The notes beneath the pieces were generated by a model. It made no database searches and had not been told where the DNA came from. It was given only the letters and a program-made list of their open reading frames with translations. From NCBI GenBank assembly GCA_964035545.1, contig OZ037771.1, positions 14,135,133 to 14,199,132 of the forward strand: a stretch of 64,000 bases of DNA. Direction: 5' to 3'. Positions 1-16,700 of this stretch are shown in pieces (position 1 is the stretch's first letter; every line of letters begins with the position of its first letter). A program made the position numbers and the translations under genes. The stretch is from Bugula neritina. Lineage: Eukaryota > Animalia > Bryozoa.

Positions 1-594
1 AAGTTATGGCAGGATCATGTGGTACCTATGGCTACAAAGAAGGAGGAGTAGGGGTGGGACAGTTGAAGTACCCCTGGGGAGTAAAGGTAGATGTTAGGAA
101 CCCAGGAAAGCTATTAGTAACTGATGACAATAATAATGCTATAAGGTCTGTTGATATGAGGACAGGAGAACTGAGTAGAGTAATAAATACTGGGTTCAGT
201 TATCCTAGAGGACTTCTCTGGGCTGGCAGACAGTTGCTAGTAGCTAATCATTATCATTACATATCACAAGTGAGCTGGGCCAGCAATGGAACAGTTACTA
301 ACACTCTATTGGCTGGTTCAACAAGTAATGGTGATGTGATTGGCTCGTTTGACATTACTAGATTTATCAATCCTATTGATATTGAAGAAGTGACAGACAG
401 TCTGTACCTGGTTGCTGACTATAATAGAAAACTCAAGCTAATGGATATGGAGAAGAGGATAGTTGGTCCAGTCTGCTTTAAAGGAGAAGATCCGTGTACA
501 GAGAGTAGCTTGCTTCCTGATGGACCTCGGTCTTTGTTGAATGTGGGTGGAGCAATCTATGTTGGACTATTCCGGAATATCTATAAGTTGAGTG
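1..594 (+). CDS. NHL beta-propeller exon of paralog 1 (partial)
   Basis: ORF 6..602 with NHL-like motifs ([34 protein letters not shown]). The ORF's terminal 'GE*' is read-through of the donor G|GTGAGT at 595. Confidence 0.85.
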
Positions 595-1054
595 GTGAGT
601 GAACACTATACATATATTACATTATGTAGTAAATATATGCAGGTGTACACTAGAGTTCAGTATATATTAAGCTATTTATATAAATGCATATAATATAATA
701 CATATATAAACTATATATGTAGCAAAATATGCCATATTATATGTTGTAGTATGTAGTATATATAATATATAAATATACAATAACCGTGTAGAATATACAT
801 ATTATATACAGTCCATATCTTACTATAATGCTATAATTAATATAGTGTATGTATAATGTACGTGTATATTAAACATCAATATCAATACTATAATATAACT
901 ATATTATTGTCATAATAGGCCTGAGGAGTGCTAATGAAGCATGAAACTAATAGTAGCACAATAAAACAACATCCAATTAAATTGCGTTTTTTTCTTGATA
1001 ACATAATTGCTAAATATTGTACATATAATAATTTAAGCACTCTTTTATTTGCTG

Positions 1055-1085
<31 letters not shown>

Positions 1086-1098
1086 ATATATATATATA

Positions 1099-1186
<88 letters not shown>

Positions 1187-3663
1187 TTAAAGCTACGCCT
1201 GCATGTTGAGGTTAGCTCAGATCTCTTATTAAATGTGCATAAGTTGGGATTACATATAATAAAATAATTTTCTAAAACACTTGCAACGTTTTGAGTTTGG
1301 GTTATAGCTGGGTGCATGGCTAATGATCTTCCAGTTGATTGTGTAGTTGGTTCCTCTGTTTTTTAAATACCATATGTGCTTGCTTAACTCTGTGACATTT
1401 CTGTATCTGTTGTGTTTAGAAGAGCAGGTATGGTTGTATAGGCACTTTTTAAAGTCCGTTTCACATAATCTGATGTATGTGTTGGAGCTGCTTGGTGATG
1501 TTATGGTGGCCTAGTAGATAATATCAGAGAGTAAGCACTTGCCATTCAGTGAGCAATTTGATTTCCTTATACAGTTGCAGGTTCTTTTGGTAATACTGCG
1601 GTGGTTTTTAGAGAGCAATTGTCGTTTGGTGAGCCAATTTTCTTTTGTTCTCCCTATTAATTTGGCACATTATGGTGGGCATGCAAGAATAGCTCAGTTT
1701 GAGGGTATTTCTACTAAATATTTTTCTTAAGGGATGCTTTGAGTGAAACACTTTGCCTATTATGTTGAGGAGTTGTCTTCCTATGTTGGTTGCAACGTGC
1801 TTGCTGCATAGGGCGGATTGAACCATATAATGTTCCTCTTTCTAAGTTTATTACAGGGTGTTTGTTGCTTCTCATTTTGTAATGTGAAGTTGTACCCATT
1901 CTTTTTTGGGACGCTTTGATAGATTTGTGCTTCACTATAATATATATATTTCACATATATAATTATTTCAGCAAAGGCTGCTACCAAAAAAGAAACTGAT
2001 TTAGGAAGTATCGCAGCTGACGAGTGTCCATATAAGAATATATCAGCTTCACTGACACCTGGTCAAACTACAGCAAAAGTTCTGTTGCTAGACGGTCTCT
2101 CAGTAGAATTTCCAGTAGGAGTTCATCGAGCAACAAAAGAATACAACTCTAAGAGATGCATCTTTCACATTACAGTCACGAGTAAGTAATTTAGGAGTAA
2201 ATAATAATAGAGTAAACAAACTCATGTAACTTTTTGTGAAGTTAAAAAAAAACATATATATATATAGTTTTTTTTCTAATATCAAGATTCATAAAAAGGT
2301 AAATCTGTGACCCAAAAAGTAGACATAATTTTGTTTCACAACTGGACAGTTGACTCTATATTGAGTTCTAATAATACTCCATATTATAGAAAGTACATAG
2401 CTGGGTGTTCAGTTTTAGCAGCTAATATTAATTAAATACCAACGTTAAACCTCTCTTAGTTTAACAGATGATTAAAAAAAAATTTTGTTACCTGTTAAAA
2501 TTAAATATGCAAGTTTACTTTTTGCACAAATCTTTTTTTAGCAGTTTTTTGCAGAATTAAACTGTTAAAATGATACTTTATTCGTAGAGTCGGAGATAGT
2601 GAGAAGATTGACATTCAAAGCAGAGTATGACGTGACGTGTGACTTACTCAATAGTAATGTTAGTAGAGCTGTACTGAGATCTACATTGACTCACAGGAGA
2701 GATCAACTTCAAAGTATCTGTGCTGGTAGTGAGTATATCATTTAAATAATATGCTGCTAGTGAGTATCTTATATATATTATTTGTTATCTTTCTGAAGTA
2801 TTGTTATGGAGTTCGTTTCACTGAAGTTTTTTTAGTTCTGAAGGGATAGTTTTATTAGAAGTATGTTAATAAAATTTGCTGTTAGTTTTCAATATTTTCT
2901 TTGTGTGAATAGAGCTACAAGAATAAGAATTTTTATTTAGTTTGGTGCATGATACAAATATTAGTATAATGCCAGCTATTTCTAATCTAATGCAATAATA
3001 GAAAAAGAGCATGCGCTATATTATAATGACCTCACTACTTGAATTGTTTAGAATGCAAGATGTCTGCTACTATTGAACCGTTCTATGACTGTACCAATGA
3101 TCTCTTAACTCTCTACTGGCCAACCGATGAGTTGTATTCTGCCACCATTTTGGAACCTCCAGCAGTGTTGAATGACGAACTGAAAAAAGAGGCTGAATCA
3201 ATCAGATGCGCTGAAATCTCCAGAGACTTTTTTTCCTTCCTACCAGCCACCGTGAGTCTGATATTCTGATGACGTACCTGTTAATTTCTGTATTTTAAGA
3301 CATAGCATATAATTTAAATTTAAAATATATAGTAGTATAAATTGCTGAAATTTTATTGGTAAGGTGTTAAGGTGAAAAGATAGTAACCTAACATATGTAG
3401 ATTCTAGCAACTTTAAATGATGAAGCATAGAGCAGTTGGACAGTTTTTAATGATGATTGCCTTCTATTATTTCAATGTTTGCAAACATTGTGGATTCTAA
3501 CCCTAGCTGTCAATGTGACTTTAATGCGCAGTATTATACTGTTTATAACAGGATAGTTGCTGCTAAGAAGAACTCAAAGGGAGAAGTTGTGGAAGTGATT
3601 CTTTATTCAACCTGTGCTGATGAGACTCAAACATATGATGCTGTCAAGGACATGTGTACCTAG
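1..3663 (+). CDS. Secreted NHL/HYR-like protein, paralog 1 (5' end outside window; +1 frameshift in penultimate exon, so C-terminally altered or pseudogene)
   Basis: Exons by GT-AG sites and homology to paralogs 2/3: <1-594, 1972-2181, 2588-2728, 3052-3251, 3552-3663. Exon 3052-3251 is 200 nt versus 199 nt in the other copies (A6 versus A5 run at ~3183). Confidence 0.75.
1186..1937 (-). mobile_element. Penelope-like element fragment (GIY-YIG region, [10 protein letters not shown] type) in intron of paralog 1
   Basis: Minus-strand peptides [32 protein letters not shown] and CNC..NC.LNGKC, with frameshifts. Flanked by (TA)n. Confidence 0.8.
1972..2181 (+). CDS. HYR-like domain exon (phase 1-1) of paralog 1
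   Basis: tttcag|...|gtaagt, 210 nt open: ...[54 protein letters not shown]. The CP...FPVG...CxFxITV pattern matches a shortened HYR domain. Confidence 0.65.
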
Positions 3664-3974
3664 ATTGCTGACCAATCAGCAGCAAGGACACATTCACATT
3701 GTTTGTTGTCTAACTAAAAGCTATCACAATCTACATGGAACTGGATTGCTAAGCCTTGATAGCTTACATCCAAATCATCTATAATCATTAATGTCTAATT
3801 CTATGTGATTTATTAACTTTGTGTGTTGAAATGTTTCTGATTAAAAGTTTGATTTTGCAGTAAAAACTTTTTGCCTTGTTTTGTAGTCTTAACTTTCACC
3901 CAGTAAATTCATTAGAGTGAAAGACTATAAGTATTGACACATTTGTTTTCAGCAGATAGATACTTATAACATGG

Positions 3975-6900
3975 ATCATACTGAGTTTATAAACACACTC
4001 AATAGTGAAACTATAATGTTGTATATTATGATTGAACACTGAAGATAACATTCAATAAGTCATGCTATATATGGAGTTGTAACATGGGTTGTATAATCAC
4101 ATGGTATTATAATATCTTTGCAATCATGGCACATGTGAAGTAGAGAATAGGGTCAAAGTTTAAAAACCTGAATAAATGGTCTCTGGTAAGAATGGCACAG
4201 GCGAAGGTTAGCACAAGTAAAATTGACAAAGCAAAATTGGCGCAGGTAATTATGGCACCAGCAATTTAATAGCACAAATGGAATAGTTATAGGTTAAATG
4301 TGACACATTTTTAATATATTCGGGTTTGAGGTTCGGGATGGAATGAGTGGGAGACTGGGAATTAGGAGTTTGAGGCTGGAGTTGAAAATGGGGCTCAATT
4401 TTGTTGGGATGGGGTTTGGGTTTGGGTAAATATAATGTCAGTGTGCCATTTTACTTACTTTCCCATTTCTGCCAAAATGTTTTCCATGCCGTCACTTATT
4501 GTGTCAATGTTGCCTGTGCCATTTATATCTTGCCACTTTATAGCGTGCCACTAACTCTAAGTCTTCAAGTGTTGAGAGAATAAGCAGATGTGTAACAGAG
4601 ACTACGTCAGTCAGTTTTATCTAAACTCATAGTATAATTATATACATAGTAACTTTCCAGAGTGTATAATAGCTGTCATATTATAATGCTGACGTACAAG
4701 ATAGACATCTGGACTTTCACAGCTGGTTGTTTAAAATATTATTATCTTTACTTCACCATCCATTTATTGAATTGTAAATATATTATTAAGGTTAGCTACA
4801 ATATATCATAATATATAGTTGACGCAGGTACAATTATAGCACAAGTAATAATAGCAAAAATAAAACAAGTAAGTTGAAAGGAATGCTGACGTTACTTTTG
4901 CTCAAACCCAAACCACTACCTTCAGCCTCCAACTTCATGTATACCCAAACCCCTCACTCTTATTCCACCAATACCAAACCCCAAACCCCTGTACCGTTAT
5001 AGCCTCCAACCTGGCCCTCTCCCACAAACCGAAACTACTAGACTGCTAACCCCAAACCTCAAATTCTATAATAGCTTTCAAACCTCCAAACCCAAACCCT
5101 CAAATCCCTCTCTGTAATACTCCCAGCTCCAACCCCAAATCACACATTTTAGAATGTAATGTTTTCACCTAATTTTCCAATTATGCAATTAAATATTACC
5201 TGTGCAAATTAGCCTGTATTAGTTGTATTGTGTCATTTTAACCAGTGCAGTTATAGTTTTACTTGTATCATTTTTAACTAAGCATCATATAAAACCTCTC
5301 ACATCATATAATAGCAAGTTGAATTAATAATATAGCTGCATATGGTATCATAACAGAACGATGTAATATATAAATATCGTATAATTACTCACATGGTATA
5401 ATAGCAAGCTGAAGAACTAATATAGATGTTAGCATGACTGAATGATGTGATATATAAATGATATAATGGTAAGAGCAACCATGTGGTTTGATATTAGAGT
5501 TATCTCCCCTACAAAGGTAGTCACTTTATATGCTTGTAATGACTGTAATATACTTATGGATCACTACGTGTATATGAGAAGACAGTGTGAAGTAGGAGTG
5601 CGCTTACCATTTGCAAATCCGTTACGAAATACAATCACATAGTAGATAATAAATCAAATAGTATAAAGGATAGCAAATAGTATAATAACACTTATAAAAT
5701 AATATATGAATTAGTATATCGAATAGTATATTAACACACTTAATAGTGAAACTATATAGAGTTGTAACAAGGGTTGTATAATCACATAGTATTCTAATAT
5801 CAAGTAGTACACATGTGGAGTATACAATGGGGTAAATGGCATGGCATAAATGGCAGAAGGAAGTTTGTGCAGGTAATTGCATAGTACAAAAGGAAAATTA
5901 TACAAATGCGCCACATTTTGAAACTTGTGGTTTGGAGTTGAAGGGGTGGGTTTCGGTCTTGTGGCTTGGGAAGGTTGGGTTGTGGGTTTAAGTTAAGTGT
6001 AGTAGGGCATTTTGGTGTTAAGGTGAGGTTTTTGGTTTGGGGCTTGAGTTTGGGCAAATATACCATCAGAGTCCCATTTTATTTAACTTTTTATTTGTGC
6101 CAAGGTGATGCCTGTGCCATATATTACATGCACTTTTACTTATAATAAAATAAATACAAAAAGCTTCAGACATTGAACGTTACTGCAAGAAAGTTGACAA
6201 ACACCATATAGGTTAAATCTAGAGTAGTTTTCAAATGCTACATAATAAATATTGTCCATTACAGATTAACTCTAAGTCTTCAAGTGTTGAGAGAATAAAC
6301 AGATGTGTATCAGAGACTACGTCAGTCAGTTTTATCTAAACTCATAGTATAACTATATATAGTATAACTTTCCAGAGGATACAATAGCTGTCATATTATA
6401 CTGCTTACACAGCTGGTAGTTAGAAATATTATCTTCTTTACCTCAAATTAAATGAACAAATTAAGCAAAATCCAACACTGATGGCTATTTTGCCCAAGCT
6501 CAAACACCCACTTATAGCATTCACCCCCACACCCAAACCCCCACCTCCATAAACCTCCAACCCGGCATGCCTACAAATTCTCTACGCCTATACCTCAAAA
6601 AGCCAACTCCCCTAAACCCCAAATCCTATAATAACCTTCATTTTTCCAAACCCAAGTTTTTAAACTCTCCCTTATATATACTCCCAGCTTCAAACCCAAA
6701 TCCCAAAATTGAAAATGTGCTACATTTAGTTAATTTTCCATTTGCGAAATTAATTACTACCTGAGTCATTTTACCGGTAATATATCTATTATTGTGACAT
6801 TTTACCTTGTGCCAGGTAGTTTGATTTGAGTCAATTTTACCAAACATCATAAAACATCTCACATCATATAATAGCAAGTTGAATAAATAATATAGATGGT

Positions 6901-7030
6901 GCCATGATCAAATGATGTAATATAAAAATGAGATGGTGATAATTTGAGCAACAATGTGGTGTATTATTAGAATTGTCTCCCTTGCATATGTAGTCATTTC
7001 AAGTGCTGGTAATGAAGTTGTAAAATACTA
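3975..7030. repeat. Composite ~1.7 kb repeat (2 units) of oppositely oriented foldback-like MITEs plus conserved linkers
   Basis: Linker 'taactctaagtcttcaagtgttgagagaataa' at 4552 and 6267. G-rich cores (~4320-4430, ~5925-6055) alternate with C-rich cores (~4900-5140, ~6490-6705), each flanked by ggcacaggt-like / acctgtgcc-like repeats. Confidence 0.75.
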
Positions 7031-7116
7031 ATAGTGTAAATGAAAAAAATATAGTTTAAAATAGAAAATATTATTTACATGTGCAAATCTGTTACGAAGC
7101 ATTATTACATAGAAGA

Positions 7117-7200
7117 TATATCAAATAGTAAGTATATCAAATAGTAAGTAGATCAAATAGTAAGTATATCAAATAGTAAGTGTATCAAATTGTAAGTATA
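7117..7200 (+). repeat. 16-bp minisatellite (gtaagtatatcaaata)n
   Basis: About 5 tandem copies. Homologous arrays at ~19607-19724 and ~58760-58815. Confidence 0.85.
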
Positions 7201-9116
7201 TAGCAAACAGGGAGTATATAATTGATTGCGATATTATATAGCACCTATTTCATTATATTATGATGTGTAAACATTTCAACATAATATATGCATAACTCAT
7301 CTCATTTAATGCATGAATGTATATTAAATGATTCTATAATAAAAAACTGTTTGAGTAAATAATAAAATTGGTGCTATTAACTGATGTACTTTATAATACG
7401 AAATGGTAGTATGAGTAGTTAGAGTTGTCCCCTTTACTGAGCTATTCATTTTAAGTGTGAAATTGTTAGTATTATTCACGGGTAAATATAGTTGTATCTG
7501 TAAATAGAGAAAGTTTAGAGAAACTTATGCGTTAAAGATAAATGCTACTTAATGTATATATTCCATTGTATATAGCATTTAATATAGCTATGTTACTATA
7601 TAATTTATGTCGTCAAACAAAGCAAATAAAATGCCTGCAACATAATTGTTATTTTAATTCATTTCTTACTTAACATTTCAGTTCCCACTGTGAGATTACA
7701 ATGTGTGTTTCCATAACATCATCCTTTAAACATTTTACAACATGAAAATAATTATCACATTCTGAAATTTTTGAATTCCCAAATTGATTTATATATTTGC
7801 ATTTAATTGGAATTTTAACTGATTCAGATATTACATTGGACCATTTACATATTTTGCTTTAAAATTTACACAATTAATATCTTAATTACATGTTTACTTG
7901 ACGACTATGAAAGTTTTATACTAAGATTAAATTTGCAAGGCAAACAATGAGTCATGATATAAATAGCAGAACTCTCAATGAAGCATATCAAATACAGTTT
8001 AATACTCTTTGGTTACAAATTATCTGATAATCTGGATACTCTGTAATACCTGAGTTGTTGTGTAGTGAGAAGTGTACATCACGCAGGTTCTGTATAATCA
8101 GCTACTTTACCTTAACTCATACACATGTATAGCATATTATATAGAAGTAAATAATGCACTCATATACTTAGGTCTGTGATGTAGTGTGGGTGAGTCGTGT
8201 AGCTTTCACATAGTAAAATGTGCAGCAGTCAGGGCTGTTGGAATATGAAACAACTTATACCAGAAACAGATGTTGTTCTGATGCAAGAGAACTGACAAAC
8301 TATAACCAGAGTTCTTACTTTTTTATAAGGAGAAGTCTTTATTCCCCCCTTAATCTATTTAACAAGTTTAAATATTAAAATAGAACATACTTCTAGTTTG
8401 TTACACTGAAAAAGATTCCCTGAAACGTAAGGCTTGCTATAATAGCTATGAACTGCATAACATGCAGTTCAATTATATAATAATCATCTCTTAGTTCACT
8501 CAGGCTACCCCAGGCTTTGTGGTTAGGAAAACTTGGGTTTGTGGATTGCTTGCTGCTAGACAATTGTTGCTATGTACCTCATTTATGTTTGCTTGTATAA
8601 GAATAAGTGACACAATATAATGGTAAATTTGGCCATACTTAATGAGATGTCTTTAATCTCTCCCCTGGCTTTATGCTGCCTTTCCAAATATTCAAATATA
8701 AAACAGATTTTTTTTTTCTCATCTGAAAAGGATTCATTCAGAAATATAAGGCCTGCCATAATATACTATATTAATCTGCACTACCATCTAATTATATATA
8801 ATTTATTATAAAATATAAAATTATATACATATATATAGGTACAAAGTTATATTTATGAAAATTGAAAGAATTGAAACAGATGTTATATATTCATGGAATA
8901 AAAACTTGCCTTAAGATAAGTGAATTTTAAACTACGCTGCCGAATTTTATTTTCTAACAGTCTCAAAAATTCTATTAAGTAGATAATATTCTAAGCAGAT
9001 ATGGCTCTTAATGAAAGCATAGAAATTACTTGCATATATCATAAAAAATGAGATAACTCTAATTATGTTCAACACATCTTTCTGATGGGAACTAACATGT
9101 GCTGCTAGTGAGTTGA

Positions 9117-9151
9117 TATAAAGTTTGCAACTTTGCTAGATAGACTTCATT
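9117..9151 (+). promoter_or_regulatory. TATA box + initiator of paralog 2
   Basis: TATAAA at 9117, TCATT with A at 9149 (32 nt downstream), ATG at 9193. Same spacing is kept in paralog 3. Confidence 0.5.
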
Positions 9152-9192
9152 TGTGGAAAACATTCACTTCAGGTGGACGTTACACAGAAAAG

Positions 9193-13433
<4,241 letters not shown>

Positions 13434-13744
13434 ATTGCTGACCTATCAGCAACAAGGACACATTCACATTGTTTGTTGTCTACCTAAAAGCTTCCACAAG
13501 CTACATGGAACTGGATTGCTAAAACCTTCATGATTGCTTACATCCAAATCAACTATAATCATTAATGTCTAATTCTATGTGATTTAATAATTTATGTGTT
13601 GAAATGTTTCTGATTAAAATTTTGATTTTGCAGTAAAAACTTTTTGCCTTGTTTTGTAGTCTTAACTTTCACCTAGTAAATTCATTAGAGTGAAAGACTA
13701 TAAGTATTGACACATTTGTTTTCAGCAGATATACTTACATGCAT

Positions 13745-16700
13745 CATATTGAGTTTATAAACACACTCAATAGTGCAACTATAAGGTTGTATATTATGAT
13801 TGAACACCGAAGATAGTATTCAATAACTCATGCTATATATATATGGAGTTGTAACATGGGTTGTATAATCACATAATATACTAATATCAAGTAGCCTAGT
13901 ACATATTTGGAGTATACAATGGGGTTATAGTTCCCATGGTATAAATGACAGAGTGAATTTTGTGCAGGTAATTGCATAGTACAAATGGAAAATTATACAA
14001 ATGCGCCACATTTTCAAACTTGTGGTTTGGGGTTGAAGGGGTGGGTTTGGCTTTGGTTGTTTTGAAGAGTTGGTTGTCGGTTTACATTTGGTGTAGGGCA
14101 ATCTGGAGTTAAGATGGGGTTTTTGGTTTGGGGTTTGAGTTTGGGCAAATATACCATCAGAGTCCCATTTTATTTAACTTTTCATTTGTGCCAAGGTGAA
14201 GTCTGTGCCATATTTTATATGCATGCACTTTTACCTATAATAAAATAAATACAAGAAGCTTCAGACATTGAACGTTACTGCAAGAAAATTGACAATTGGC
14301 ATGTAGGTTAAATCTAGAGTAGTTTTCTACTACGGAATAATAAATACTGTCCAGGCACACTAACTCCAAGTCTTCAAGTGTTGAGAGAATAAGCAGATGT
14401 GTATCAGAGACTACGTCAGTCAGTTTTATCTAAACTCATAGTATAACTATATATAGTAGCTTTCCAGAGGGTATAATAGCTGATAGTTATACTGCTGACG
14501 TACAAGATAGACACCTGGACTTTTACAACTGGTTGCTTAAAATATTATTTTCTTTACCTCATCATCCATTTAATGAATTGTAAATATAATATTAAGTTTG
14601 CTTTAACTAAAATACATAGGACAGTTTGCACAGGTATACAAGGAGCACCAGTAATAAATTAATAGCACAAATGAAGAAGTAAGCAAAATGGAACACTTAC
14701 GTCTTGCCCAGATCCAAATCTTCAGCCTCCAAGACTCCCATGTACCCAAACTCCTCACTCCTAGCTCACCAGTTTACCAAACTCCAAATGAGGGTCCAAG
14801 CCCCAAACCCCTAAACCCTTAAACCCCAAATCTTATAATCTTCAAACCTCCAAACCCAAGCCCCAAACCCCTCCCTATAATATACACCCAACTCCAACCC
14901 CAAATCACATTATTAAAATTTTTCTAATTACACAATTAATAATTATACCTTTGCAAATTTACCCTTATACTTATATTTGTATTGTGTCATTATACCCAGC
15001 GCAGCTATAGTTTTATTTGTGTCATTTTTTTCCCAACATCATATAAAGCTTCTCACATCATGCAATAGCAAGTTGAATTAATAATATAGCTGATGCCATA
15101 ACCGAATGATGTAGTATATAAATTGTATGGTGAAAAGAGCAACAATGTGGTGTAATATTAGAATTGTCTCCCTTGAAAATGTAGTCACTTTATATGCTGG
15201 TAATGAGTGTAAAATACTCATGCTCATGCTATATGGAGTTAATGCAACATGGGTTGTATAATCACATAGTATTCTAATATCTTTGCAATCATGGTACATG
15301 TGAAGTAGAGAATGGGGTCAAAGTTTAAAAAACCTGAATAAATGGTCTGGGATGTAAGAATGGCACAGGCAAAGGCTAGCACAGGTAAAAAAAGCAAAGA
15401 AAAAGTGGTGCAGATAATAATGGCAGCAGTAATACAATGGCACAAATGGAAAAGGATGGGAAATTGTGAAAAAAAATTAATATTAGGGTTTGAGGTTTTG
15501 GATGGGATTAGTTGGGACTGGAGATTAGGGGTTTGAGGTTGGAGTTAGATGTTGCATGGAGGCTTAACTTTGCATGGTGGGGTTTGGGTTTTTGGGTAAA
15601 TATAAAATCAGTGTACCAATTTACTAGCTTTTCTATTTGTGTCATAGTGTTTTCCCATGCTGTTATTTACTGTTTCACTGCTGCCTGCACCATTTATTGT
15701 GTGCCACTTTTATCTATATAATCAAATGAATACAATAATCATCAAAAATTAAAAGTTCCTGCAAGAAAATTGACAAACACGTGCATGTGGGTAAAGTCTA
15801 GAGTAGTTTCTAAAAAAGCTGCCTGATAAAGTGTTGAGAGAATAAACAGATGTGTATCAGAGACTACGTCAGTCAGTTTTATCTAAACTCATAGTATAAC
15901 TATATATATAGTAACTTTCTAGAGGGTATAATAGCTGTCATATTATACTACTGCATGACGTACAAGATAGACACCTGGACTTTCACAGCTGGTTGTTTAA
16001 AATATTATCTTTTTCACCTCACCATCCATTTAATTAAATTGTAAATATAATATTAAGGTGCCTTAAGCAATAATGCATACTATAGTTGGTACAGGTACAA
16101 ATAAAACAATTAGTAAAAATAGCACAAATTAAAAAAATAAATTAAAAGGAATACTGATGTTAATTTTGCTCAAACCCAAACAACTATATATACTGCTATA
16201 TAACCCCTAAACCCAAAAACCTATAGCTTTCAAAACCCCAAACCCTCAAACCCTTCCCTATACTCCTAGCTTCAACCTCAAATCACACTATAATAAAATG
16301 TGGTATTCATTTAGTTTCCAATTGTGCGATTAATTATTACCGGTGCAAATTTACCTGTATTATTTCTGTTGTGCCAATTAACCAGTGCAGCTATAGTTTT
16401 ACCTATGTCATTTTTTACTAAGCATCATATATAACCTCCCACATCATATTATGATAGCAAGTTGAAGAAATAATATATATGTTAGCATGATGTAATATTA
16501 TACAAATGAGATGGTGATAAGAGCAACAATGTGGTGTAATACTAGAATTGTCTCCCTTACAAATGTAGTCACTTTAAGTGCTGGTAATGACTGTAAAATA
16601 CTTATGGATCACTAAGTGTATATGAGAAGATAGTTTAAAGTAGAGGTGCCTAATATTTACAAATATGTTACAAAACATTATCACATAGTAGATAATAATA

